From positions 1 through 64,000 of the IMG/VR virus record IMGVR_UViG_3300010391_000058: a stretch of DNA of 64,000 nt; one strand, 5' to 3'. Position 1 is the stretch's first letter. Each line of letters starts with the position of its first letter. This stretch comes from a virus. Shown piece after piece: positions 9,727-19,437 of the stretch. The notes under the pieces are model-generated. The model did no database searches. It was not told the origin of the DNA and saw only the letters and a program-made list of their open reading frames with translations. The position numbers and the translations under genes are program-made.

Positions 9727-10209
9727 ATGCTGGATGATCTAAAAAAGTTTATTGATGATCTTGAAGCCTTCGATGCAAAAGCGGAAGTGATTGCTATTAT
9801 CGGGGAGAAAACAGAAATGTTAGCGGAGCTTCAGAGTGAACAGTGGATGGAAGGCCGGGGAGTTGATGGGGAATATATCAGGCCATACTACAGCGAAAAC
9901 CCATATTTCAAGAATAAGGATGCAGCGGTAAGATATGCCAGGTGGAAGCAGAAGATAACACCGAATCCTGAGCGACCATTTGACGTACCTAACCTTTATA
10001 TCAATGGGTACCTGCACAGTTCGGTATTCGCAAAGGTAATTGATGATGAGGTGGAAATAGATTCACTTGTTTCTTTTGCCGATGAAGTTTTCAGAACACA
10101 CGAAAATGCAGTTGGTTTGAGTGCAAAGATGAGATTATTATTCGCTGAGCAGGTAGTATTACCGAACTTCGAAGATGTATTGAAAGAAAAAACAGGGCTT
10201 ATATTATGA
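9727..10209 (+). CDS. Putative neck/tail completion protein
   Basis: YA.WK......P...PNLY.NG.L..S pattern; synteny. Confidence 0.55.
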   Translation: MLDDLKKFIDDLEAFDAKAEVIAIIGEKTEMLAELQSEQWMEGRGVDGEYIRPYYSENPYFKNKDAAVRYARWKQKITPNPERPFDVPNLYINGYLHSSVFAKVIDDEVEIDSLVSFADEVFRTHENAVGLSAKMRLLFAEQVVLPNFEDVLKEKTGLIL

Positions 10210-10793
10210 TGATCACCAAATGTTCAGAGTGCAGCGTAAAAATATTCATTGACTGTTTGTTCAATGGAGACAGAAGTGCATTGAATGGTGGTGACTTCGA
10301 TAAGATATTTACGGAGTACGTGGATCTGTCCGGTGTAGGTGAAACCAGGGAATACGATCTTTTGACCAGCATCCACAACGTACAGTGCAGGATAACATTT
10401 ATTGATACTATGGTAAAAGTACAAAAGGAATTTTTTATGAATTTTGAAATTCCTTTTGTTAATGCATTCGATGATTTCAGGAAATACGGGCACCGGCTCA
10501 GCTGGAACCCGGAAAAGCCTGCTGACTTTATTACTCAGTTGCAGAGAGTGGATGTAATAGAGCGTAAATCAATAGCAGAGCTGGATGCATATATAAAAGA
10601 ATTAAAGAGCCTGAAAAAAGATGGTGTTGTTCCGGATAAGAATGGACGAAAAGACTTTATCCGGCAGCTGAATACCCTCAATAAGGCCGGATACAAAATT
10701 GACAGGGAAAAAACAGATATGGAAGAGTTGGCACTGATGATCAGGGATCATAACGATTATATTAGGGAGTTATCAAATAAACCAAAAGAATAA
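10206..10793 (+). CDS. Putative tail assembly chaperone
   Basis: Immediately precedes tape measure (TAATG overlap). Confidence 0.5.
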   Translation: MMITKCSECSVKIFIDCLFNGDRSALNGGDFDKIFTEYVDLSGVGETREYDLLTSIHNVQCRITFIDTMVKVQKEFFMNFEIPFVNAFDDFRKYGHRLSWNPEKPADFITQLQRVDVIERKSIAELDAYIKELKSLKKDGVVPDKNGRKDFIRQLNTLNKAGYKIDREKTDMEELALMIRDHNDYIRELSNKPKE

Positions 10794-13700
10794 TGGGCCA
10801 GAACATTGTTGAATTAGGGTTTGATATTGACCGATGGGGCGCTGAAAAGAAGATCATCTATGAAGATCTTATGTCAATATATGAGATAGCCAAAAAGGTT
10901 AATGATACTAAATTGCTTCCTGGAGGCGGTGGTGGATGGGCAGAAATGAAGGCCCAGGTGGAGGCCCTTAAATCACAGGTCACACAGTTGCAGGATGCTA
11001 ATGTAAAGTTAGCAGCTTCAATGGCAGAGGTAACAGCTGCCCAGGCAAAGGAGGGTGCTGAGACTAAAAAAACCAGTGAAGAGACAAGAAAAGCCACTGA
11101 AACGACTTCCAAATATGTTGCCGGCCAAAAGGAGTTGCTTGAAATAGCAGCTAAGAACGAAATTCAATCAAAGAAACTGACTGAGGAAAAAAAGAAATTG
11201 GCCGCTGCATTTAAAGCCGCTGAAATTACAGAGACACAATATGTTGCCCGGCTTGCTGAGATAAAAGAAAAGCAGGTTCAGCTATCAGTGTCCAGCCAGG
11301 GCCTTAATGTGGCGCTGAAAAATATTGAGAAGGGTGCCCAGGCAACCGATGGATCACTGGAGAAGCTAAGGACTGAATTGAACCTATCACTCATGACCTT
11401 CGATAAAATGAGTGCTTCAGACCGTGGCGGGGATATCGGGAAGGAGTTGGAAGGGAAGATACAATCACTGACAAAAGAAATAAGTGCCTCTGAGCAGGCT
11501 ACAGGACGTTTCCAGCGCAATGTAGGTAACTATGCTAACAGCCTTGCGGAAGGGTTTGAGAATGTCCGGAGGGAAATATCAAGATTGAAGCAGGAACAAA
11601 ATGATTTGAGCAATTTAAAGAGCAGTGATCCTACAGGATTTGCAACCAGGGGAGGTGGAGAGCAATTAAAAAGAACTACAGCTGCATTGGGCCAATTGGA
11701 GAATGTAGAAAGGATCAGCTTAAAAACAAATACAAATTTATCTGGTTCTGTACGTGATATCAGCAAGGCATATATGACCATGGCAGAGAGCGGAAATTTC
11801 AGTAAGGAGTTTCTGAATGAGTTCAAAAAATTCACCGCTGATTCAGTTGATAAGGTTAATGATTTGAAGGATGAGATCAGGGCCCTTTCATCAGATACCC
11901 GGAGCTTTGATCTATTGTCGGGCAGCATAAACGTTATGGCATCAGGTTTTCAGATTGCTTCCGGGGCCGCTGCCATGTTTGGAGGCAGTGAGGAAGATGT
12001 ACAGAAAATAACGATGAAATTGGTAGCTGTCCAGAATATAGCTACCGGGGCCCGTGAAATTGCGAATGAAGCGACAAAAAGGGGATCAGCGTTGAACCTG
12101 GCTTATGTAGGCATTCAGAATATGGTGGCTACTGCAATGGACAGATCAGCGGCAGCCTCAGTAAGATTAAAAGCTTCCTTGGGGTTGTTAGGCATTGCTG
12201 TTACCGTTATCGGGGCTATTGCAATTGCTTTATCAATGATGGGTAAAAAGGCTACTGAAGCTGAGATAGCACAGAAAAATCTTAATGAAGCCATGAAAGA
12301 GGCCGGTAAGGAATATGGCACTGCCATTGAGCAGGTTAATTCCCTTCGCACAAATATTGATCTTGCAAAGAATAAGTTTCTTGATAAAGAAGCAGTGGTT
12401 AAGCAGTATAATGAATCCATGGGTAAGACAACCGGGGAAGTAAAGTCATTGGATGAAGCTGAAAAGGCCCTGAATAAAAATGCTGATGCATATATTCAGT
12501 TCATGTATCTGAAGGCAATTGCTACGGCAGCATTCGCAAAAGCATCACAATTGGCTGTTGATAAGCAGTTGAAGTTGCTGGAAGGCCCGGATAAGGATGA
12601 AATGTTTTTGGCAAGCATGTTAGTTGGTGGTAAGAGAGCAAAGGAACTTGCTGATAAACAACAAAAAGAACAGTCTGTATTATTCGATAAACAGATAGAT
12701 TCATTACTTGCACTTGCAAAGGAAAAACAAGGTGAGGCAGCAAAGAAGGCAAAGGAAATGGGGTTTGATTTCTTTGGTACCCCGGACAAAAAGGATAAGG
12801 CAGATAAAAAAGATTCTGCCACTGATATGTTTAAGAATGAAGAGGAAATGAGAAAGGCACTGTTTGAAAAACAAAAAGTGCTGTTCCAGGAAAGGATTGA
12901 TCTGAACCAGAAAGTTCTTGATGATGATAAGAGCACGTATTTTGAAAGGATAGCCGCTGCCCGAAACTTTACCAGGGAAAGCATTGCTTTGATCAATGCA
13001 CAAAAAGATTTTGAGCTAGGTGATTTAGGTAAGCAGCAAAAAGAGGAAGAGAGAAAGGCCGGAAAAGATATAAAGGATAAAAAGAAACGTGCTGAGGTGC
13101 TGGAAACCATTGATAAAGAGTATGCAGCTAAAAGAGCGGTGATCGAAGAGAATACCCGTATTGCGATCGGGAAAATAAAAGACGGTGAAATACCCAGGCA
13201 GAAGGCCATTGACAAGGCAGCAAAGGAGTTATTGAAAAAAAATCTTGATGAAAAATTAAAGCTGGAGCAGGAAGCCGCTGAACACCGGAACAAGGTTCAT
13301 GATAATGAAATGACCAGCATTCAGAATACCTATGATGCTGAGATTGTTAAGCTTGAAGATAAGTTTGCCCGTGGGTTAATATCCGAAAAGAATTATAACC
13401 GGGAAAAACTCAGGCTGAAAGCTGAGTTGCAGGCCAAACAGCTTGAAAAAGAAATTGAATTCCTGCAACAGGAAATTAAGATTGCGAAGGCACGGGCAGA
13501 ATTGGAACCTGATGCAGCTAAAAAGACAGCGGCCCTTGATGCTATTGCTGCAGCTGAAGGTAAATTAGCCGGGCTTCAGAATGATTTATCAGCATTGTTG
13601 GTTGATATTTTCAAGAGTAATAATGATAAGACTAAGAAAAACTTTGCTGAAACATTTAATCAGATAGCTGAGATAGCTAAAAAAACACTTGATATCATTG

Positions 13701-14470
13701 GTGGGTTTGTAGATGCGAATATTACCAGGCAGAAAAATGCGATCCAGGAATTGATTGATAAGAACAACGAATATTCTGCAGCTGAAATTGAAAGGATCAC
13801 AAACTCAACTTTATCTGAAGAGGAAAAAGCGGCAAAAGTTATTCAGCTGAAGGCCGAACAGGATGCAAAAAATACTGAATATGCCAGGAAACAAAAAGAG
13901 CTTGATATGGAAGCGGCAAGATTTAAAAAAGCCGCTGCAATTGCCACTATTATTTTGAATACTGCGATTGCAGTCACCAATGCTATGACTACAGGTGATC
14001 CATATACAGCTGGACTAAGGGCCGCAATAGTGGCGGCTATTGGCGCTGCAGAGTTGGCCGTTGCGATATCAACTCCAATACCTTCCTATGCAGAAGGATC
14101 TGATGATACTCCAGGTGGTATTTCCCGGTATGGTGAGGCTGGAGCTGAGGCTGTTAAGGAGCCTGGCAAGCCATGGAGAATAGTAAATAAGGAAACAATC
14201 GGATATCTAGCGAAACACTCAAAAGTTGTACCGCTTACAGCTGATTCGATCAATAATGCCATGTATGGCAGCATGATGGAAAGTACCTCTGATCGGTTGA
14301 TGTTGATTGAAGCTATTGAAAAGAGCGGCAGCAATGCCTGGAAGCAAGCCAGTGATAAAATAGTCGGTGCAATTGAAAGGAATAAGAACAAAACGATTGT
14401 AAAAAATAATATCAATATTGGCGCTGACTTTCATTTATGGGTAAATAAATATGTAAACGGTAAGGCATAA
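10793..14470 (+). CDS. Tail tape measure protein
   Basis: 1225 aa, coiled coil, G.FQRNVGNY motif, hydrophobic segments, C-terminal P.YA.G...GEAG.E. Confidence 0.9.
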   Translation: MGQNIVELGFDIDRWGAEKKIIYEDLMSIYEIAKKVNDTKLLPGGGGGWAEMKAQVEALKSQVTQLQDANVKLAASMAEVTAAQAKEGAETKKTSEETRKATETTSKYVAGQKELLEIAAKNEIQSKKLTEEKKKLAAAFKAAEITETQYVARLAEIKEKQVQLSVSSQGLNVALKNIEKGAQATDGSLEKLRTELNLSLMTFDKMSASDRGGDIGKELEGKIQSLTKEISASEQATGRFQRNVGNYANSLAEGFENVRREISRLKQEQNDLSNLKSSDPTGFATRGGGEQLKRTTAALGQLENVERISLKTNTNLSGSVRDISKAYMTMAESGNFSKEFLNEFKKFTADSVDKVNDLKDEIRALSSDTRSFDLLSGSINVMASGFQIASGAAAMFGGSEEDVQKITMKLVAVQNIATGAREIANEATKRGSALNLAYVGIQNMVATAMDRSAAASVRLKASLGLLGIAVTVIGAIAIALSMMGKKATEAEIAQKNLNEAMKEAGKEYGTAIEQVNSLRTNIDLAKNKFLDKEAVVKQYNESMGKTTGEVKSLDEAEKALNKNADAYIQFMYLKAIATAAFAKASQLAVDKQLKLLEGPDKDEMFLASMLVGGKRAKELADKQQKEQSVLFDKQIDSLLALAKEKQGEAAKKAKEMGFDFFGTPDKKDKADKKDSATDMFKNEEEMRKALFEKQKVLFQERIDLNQKVLDDDKSTYFERIAAARNFTRESIALINAQKDFELGDLGKQQKEEERKAGKDIKDKKKRAEVLETIDKEYAAKRAVIEENTRIAIGKIKDGEIPRQKAIDKAAKELLKKNLDEKLKLEQEAAEHRNKVHDNEMTSIQNTYDAEIVKLEDKFARGLISEKNYNREKLRLKAELQAKQLEKEIEFLQQEIKIAKARAELEPDAAKKTAALDAIAAAEGKLAGLQNDLSALLVDIFKSNNDKTKKNFAETFNQIAEIAKKTLDIIGGFVDANITRQKNAIQELIDKNNEYSAAEIERITNSTLSEEEKAAKVIQLKAEQDAKNTEYARKQKELDMEAARFKKAAAIATIILNTAIAVTNAMTTGDPYTAGLRAAIVAAIGAAELAVAISTPIPSYAEGSDDTPGGISRYGEAGAEAVKEPGKPWRIVNKETIGYLAKHSKVVPLTADSINNAMYGSMMESTSDRLMLIEAIEKSGSNAWKQASDKIVGAIERNKNKTIVKNNINIGADFHLWVNKYVNGKA

Positions 14471-17112
14471 TGAGTGTTCCTCAGAAAATATGGCTTCAAT
14501 TTATTGTTGATGCACAATACCGATCCAGGTGGGTTGATTATAGTGGTGGTATCCCTGTTGTTAAGATATCTTCCCCCCCGGTTTTTTTGCCTCAATTAGC
14601 ACGTGGCTGGAAAGAGGCGCTGATTGCTTTTGGTACAAATATAAAGTACTGGAGTTTGATCAGATCATACAGCCAACCGTTGTTTTTCGTAAATGATGGG
14701 GCTATAATATGCAGGGATGCTATTTACTCAGCAGCAAAAAAGGGCTATGAGGAAGAGTTATACATTTTAATATTGAAGTTAAACCCTGCAACAGGGGTGT
14801 ATGACTTGGAATATAAAGGCCGCCTGGAGTTTTCAAAGCATATTGATATGCCCCGCAAAGGGATAACAGTAAACTCAATTGAAGGAGGTGTATTCTCATA
14901 TCTTACTGCAAATGATAACGTTGACTATGCATTACCCCTTTCTCCTTTAAATCCGGATGTAAACCTTCTTACGATTACCGGGGTAAAGCTGCATGATACA
15001 TTCAGGTATTCAGTTATTGATTTGACAGTAGAAAAGCCATCAGACTTTGATCATCATGCCGTTGCTTATTTAATACCCTTCCCCTTCATTTCAAATGACG
15101 GTGACAGTGTTGGAATTATAAGTGGAAGCCAAAGGTTTGAACAGATTGTTAACTCAGGAACGTTTACTTATTCAATGGTGACAGCTGTTTTAGCAACTTC
15201 GTCTAATTACTTTTTCTCTTCAATAAGACCTGTTACTGTAACTCCAGCAGGAAGGATTTTTGTTTCAAAAAATAATGGTGGTGCAGCCGTTGTAAGTATG
15301 AATATCTGGTTTGAAACATCACTTGGAAACAAGTATCAAGTCCTGCCATTAACAGTTTATCCAGCGGGGAACATAGATGTTGATATTGATATTGCAGCCC
15401 TAGGGCTTAGCATTCCCCTTGCCGCCAATGAAAAACTATTCTTGGTTCATTTGGTAAATTCATTAACCACATTTACCACGTTTGTAACATGGCATTTAAC
15501 CGATGTGTTTTTTTCCTTTGAAACTATAAATCCACCGTCCAATGCCTACAGTTTATCAATAATAGATGTTCATAAGCAGCTAGTATCAGCTATGACCGGG
15601 GGCAGATATACCGGTAACAGTGTTTATTATTCAGCTCACAGGGAAATACAATTTACTTCAACCAATGCGCTGCAGAACTATGCTTTTGAGGTGTATTATG
15701 GATCTTTCCAGACTGTTAACACTGCCGGCATTTATACAATCGTTATTCCAGGGAAGTTGAAAACGTTGCCTAGCAATAATCAGCTATTGATATCCGGGGC
15801 CCCGTCAAATAATGGGATATACACTATCTTGAATGTAGGCCCTTTGGTTGCAGGCTATACAACGATCACAGTGCAGGAGCCAGTGACCAGTGCTACTTTG
15901 GATGGGATAATATCTTCAATACCGGCCCTGGTAATGACTTACCAGGACTTCTTTAACGATGTTGACTGCCTTTCAAAAGAAAACGGCGCTGGTATAGGGA
16001 TGAAGATTGTAAATGATGTTATTTGGATTGAACCAAAAGAAGAGCTATACAAGCCTGATACAGAGATATTTGATATCGGAGAAATAGCAGGATTGAAGCT
16101 TTATTATGCAGATGAATTACTTGCTAATTCACTCCTGACCGGGTATAAATCACAGGATTACCGGCAGCGGAATGGTATCTATGAATTCAATACAACCACT
16201 CTTTTTAAACTGCCTGTTGATTCATTGCAAAGGGAATTGAAAAGAGTTTTGAAGTCCAGGGCAGATTGTTTTGGTATAGAATTCATAAGATCGAATATTT
16301 TCAATAAGCCAACAACCGATATCACAGGTGATAACCAACCGGTTGTTATTGATACAGTTCCTTTTACCGGAACAATGGTTGTAAACTTTTTTGCGACAAA
16401 CCAGACTATGATCATTCCTCTTGGTATTGCTATAAGCACAGGGGATGTTATTGCGGTAACAGGCAGCGGAACAAACGTTGGAACCTGGACTGTTGGGGCC
16501 ACATCAATGATACCTACAGGCATGGTGTTGTTTCTTCTCAGCGGCCCTACAATCGTGGATGAGACGAATGCAACCGTAACCATTACCCTTGTTACCGGAA
16601 AATCACGGATAGTCAACCGTCCTGCATATACAACCCTGGTAGGTGTACTTGATAACACTGTTTACAATACAGAGATATCCCCGCATAAATTAATGCTGAG
16701 ATTCAAGATGTATTTAGCATCACTTCTTTCTCAGTTGTTGGATAAGAAAATTGTATTTCAAAAAGCAGATAAAAACAGTAGCCTGTCAACCACTTTGGCA
16801 GGGGTAACTGTTGCTGAAAGGCAGGATGAGGTTGTTGCTGGCTTGGGTGATCCATTATTTATTCCCAGGTATGCAGAGTTTGTAACACCTGTTCAAATAT
16901 CTTTTGCGAAGGTTATGGCTAATATAGGAACCGGATATGTGAAGGGAACTTTTTACGGTGTGCCGATTTATTTTTTACCAATAGGAGAAATGCAGGCAAA
17001 ACCAGCTATTAATGAGGCACAAACATGGAAGATGTTGCTGGCACCACCTCCATTGAATGATCTGGCAGTTCTGGAAAAGTTGTCAGATGAAGGGCTATTT
17101 ACTAACCATTAA
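14470..17112 (+). CDS. Tail tip/hub structural protein
   Basis: 880 aa beta-rich, follows tape measure; NG.YEFNT motif. Confidence 0.7.
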   Translation: MSVPQKIWLQFIVDAQYRSRWVDYSGGIPVVKISSPPVFLPQLARGWKEALIAFGTNIKYWSLIRSYSQPLFFVNDGAIICRDAIYSAAKKGYEEELYILILKLNPATGVYDLEYKGRLEFSKHIDMPRKGITVNSIEGGVFSYLTANDNVDYALPLSPLNPDVNLLTITGVKLHDTFRYSVIDLTVEKPSDFDHHAVAYLIPFPFISNDGDSVGIISGSQRFEQIVNSGTFTYSMVTAVLATSSNYFFSSIRPVTVTPAGRIFVSKNNGGAAVVSMNIWFETSLGNKYQVLPLTVYPAGNIDVDIDIAALGLSIPLAANEKLFLVHLVNSLTTFTTFVTWHLTDVFFSFETINPPSNAYSLSIIDVHKQLVSAMTGGRYTGNSVYYSAHREIQFTSTNALQNYAFEVYYGSFQTVNTAGIYTIVIPGKLKTLPSNNQLLISGAPSNNGIYTILNVGPLVAGYTTITVQEPVTSATLDGIISSIPALVMTYQDFFNDVDCLSKENGAGIGMKIVNDVIWIEPKEELYKPDTEIFDIGEIAGLKLYYADELLANSLLTGYKSQDYRQRNGIYEFNTTTLFKLPVDSLQRELKRVLKSRADCFGIEFIRSNIFNKPTTDITGDNQPVVIDTVPFTGTMVVNFFATNQTMIIPLGIAISTGDVIAVTGSGTNVGTWTVGATSMIPTGMVLFLLSGPTIVDETNATVTITLVTGKSRIVNRPAYTTLVGVLDNTVYNTEISPHKLMLRFKMYLASLLSQLLDKKIVFQKADKNSSLSTTLAGVTVAERQDEVVAGLGDPLFIPRYAEFVTPVQISFAKVMANIGTGYVKGTFYGVPIYFLPIGEMQAKPAINEAQTWKMLLAPPPLNDLAVLEKLSDEGLFTNH

Positions 17113-17130
17113 AAAGAGTAATTTTAACAG

Positions 17131-18057
17131 ATGGCAACCATATTTACTTCCATATTAAACACCTTGCATTGGGTGAAGTATAATTTTACCTTGGCTGCCG
17201 GATATCATCATAAGGATATTTATGATGATAACTTTGAAAACAGGGGAAATAGTTATGTATTTGCGGGGGAATATGCACAAAAATGGGAAAAGGCACAGCT
17301 AGTTTTCAACCAGTGTATAACAAAAGATCTGAGCACAATTGATTTGACGGTATATAACAGCAAGGGGGAAGTACATTTTACAGCCCCGATGAACGTTGTT
17401 TCAAACCCGGCTGTTCAACTCCCATACGTTTTAAATACCTACTGGCTGAACATGAGCGCCTATCCGGATGATTATTACCAATGTGTAATGTCCTCTGGTT
17501 CCGGGGAAAATCTGGTAAGGTTAAGGATCAGCGAATGGATTGAGTTGAAGGCTGATCAACCAGGTACATTGTTAGCTAAATATGGTCATAGTACTAATAA
17601 TAAATTCAATACTTATATGACCGATCAGATACCGTTCAGATTTGAAGCGGCACTGCTTGATTGGTATGATGATGATAGCCATGAGGGATATACAAATGAA
17701 ATTGCGGATGTAGAATTGCTGGACGGAATACCGTTACAAAAAAGAATACTGGAAACTAAATTTGTTCCTGATTGGGTTCGAAGGAAACTCATTTATATTT
17801 TAATGCTGAACCGTTGTTATATTGAAGGAACAAGATATAGCCGTACCCCTGAAAATAAGATTGGTATGAAAAAAGTAGTAGGCAGCAACCTTGTCAGCTA
17901 CAGGATTGAAATAAGTAAGGCCGTTAACAGCTATGGCCTTGGAACAGATGAAACAGGCACCGAAGATCAATTGGTAATTACTTATACACTGAATGCTCAG
18001 GCCTTTGGTAGTGGTAATCCGGGAGACGTAATAAACATGGAAGTAATAAATAATTAA
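17131..18057 (+). CDS. Tail structural protein
   Basis: 308 aa; synteny. Confidence 0.6.
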   Translation: MATIFTSILNTLHWVKYNFTLAAGYHHKDIYDDNFENRGNSYVFAGEYAQKWEKAQLVFNQCITKDLSTIDLTVYNSKGEVHFTAPMNVVSNPAVQLPYVLNTYWLNMSAYPDDYYQCVMSSGSGENLVRLRISEWIELKADQPGTLLAKYGHSTNNKFNTYMTDQIPFRFEAALLDWYDDDSHEGYTNEIADVELLDGIPLQKRILETKFVPDWVRRKLIYILMLNRCYIEGTRYSRTPENKIGMKKVVGSNLVSYRIEISKAVNSYGLGTDETGTEDQLVITYTLNAQAFGSGNPGDVINMEVINN

Positions 18058-18059
18058 CG

Positions 18060-19433
18060 ATGCCCAATACAGTAACATTCAATATTTCTTCCAATGCTCA
18101 ACCGGGCATGGCAGTTAACCACATGGTATATGCTTTGTATAAGCAAAGCGATCCGGGTGTTATTGTTTACTCACAGGCCTTTGCCCCGCCACATAATGCA
18201 AGGCTTGTAAGCTTCCCTGGTATCGAAAGAACTAACTGGCAGTTCAAATTATTGCAAACATTACCAGACAACGTTACCGTGGTAAGCCAAATGGATTCTT
18301 ATTTCTTTGTACCCGGTGACAATTTCGTTACCTATTATGAGCCGGTGGAAATAGAGATCGGGGTTACACCTGGAACAACGATTGGGGCCAATACATTCAC
18401 CTTTGATGGCAGCGGTGGAACATTCGATTGGCGGGGCCGGAAAGTTTTTGTGGAAAGGGTAGGGCAGGGAACGATGAGCAGGACAACCAGTGTTCTGCAA
18501 TATTCGTGGGATTCTGTCAACGGTATATTCACGTTGCTGGCAGTAGGGGATGAATTTGCCCCCAACGAATTATTCAATGTAGAATTCGGGCTTGTTACTG
18601 ATGCGATATCTGGGGTTCCGGTGGCGAACCTATTCAGTGGAACGATGATCATAACGGGAGCCACAACATTGGTAGCTGGAGATGCCGGCAAGAATATAAT
18701 CATCAAAGGGGCCAGTGTTGGTTTCGATATCACATTGCCTGATATAACGCTTGTTCCGTCCTCAGTTCCTTTTTATTTTGAATCGGGGATCAGCAGCCAT
18801 AAGTGCGTGAGAATAAAAACGGTCATGGGCCAAACTATTGATTGGCTGAAGGGAGCGATCACAGATCTGAAAATAGGAGTATGTGAGGCCCTGGTAATCT
18901 ATAAGGAGCCATCTACGACTAATTGGAGGGTACACCGGGCAGACGGGAATTTCATGCAGGTGGGCCGTATAATCGTTACTGATGCTGATATTTCCGTCCA
19001 AGAGTTCAATGTAATGGAATTGAATGGCGCTACCTATAGCATCACCGGGGCCGGGAGAAGGCTATATGAAGAGTTTGTGCAGAAGCTTCCACCTTCGCAG
19101 GTATGCACCTTTGCTGCCTGGGGAACCGGGGATAATAAGTATAAGTACAGCTATGCCAGCGGGGATAATGCGAAGTTGCCTGATCGCAGGAACCTTTATG
19201 TAAGAAACTCCGATGGTTCTATCTTACCAGGGGTGTATCAAAAAGATGCAGTATATATTGATCCGGCAAAAAACCTATTTGCCACATCAAAGAATGGTGT
19301 TGAGACAGCAACGGGATGGGATAGTAGCCCTGGAGAGATAAATATCCGGCAAGGGTTTACAATTCAATCGGAGGCTGGTGTTACCGAAACAAGGCCCAAA
19401 ACAGTGGTTGTTCGTATGTTTGTATTAGTATAA
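18060..19433 (+). CDS. Tail fibre/baseplate protein with collar-like C-terminus
   Basis: ITLP repeat; C-terminal LPDRR....R...G...G.YQ.D...ETRPK tail-collar motif. Confidence 0.7.
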   Translation: MPNTVTFNISSNAQPGMAVNHMVYALYKQSDPGVIVYSQAFAPPHNARLVSFPGIERTNWQFKLLQTLPDNVTVVSQMDSYFFVPGDNFVTYYEPVEIEIGVTPGTTIGANTFTFDGSGGTFDWRGRKVFVERVGQGTMSRTTSVLQYSWDSVNGIFTLLAVGDEFAPNELFNVEFGLVTDAISGVPVANLFSGTMIITGATTLVAGDAGKNIIIKGASVGFDITLPDITLVPSSVPFYFESGISSHKCVRIKTVMGQTIDWLKGAITDLKIGVCEALVIYKEPSTTNWRVHRADGNFMQVGRIIVTDADISVQEFNVMELNGATYSITGAGRRLYEEFVQKLPPSQVCTFAAWGTGDNKYKYSYASGDNAKLPDRRNLYVRNSDGSILPGVYQKDAVYIDPAKNLFATSKNGVETATGWDSSPGEINIRQGFTIQSEAGVTETRPKTVVVRMFVLV

Positions 19434-19437
19434 ATTA

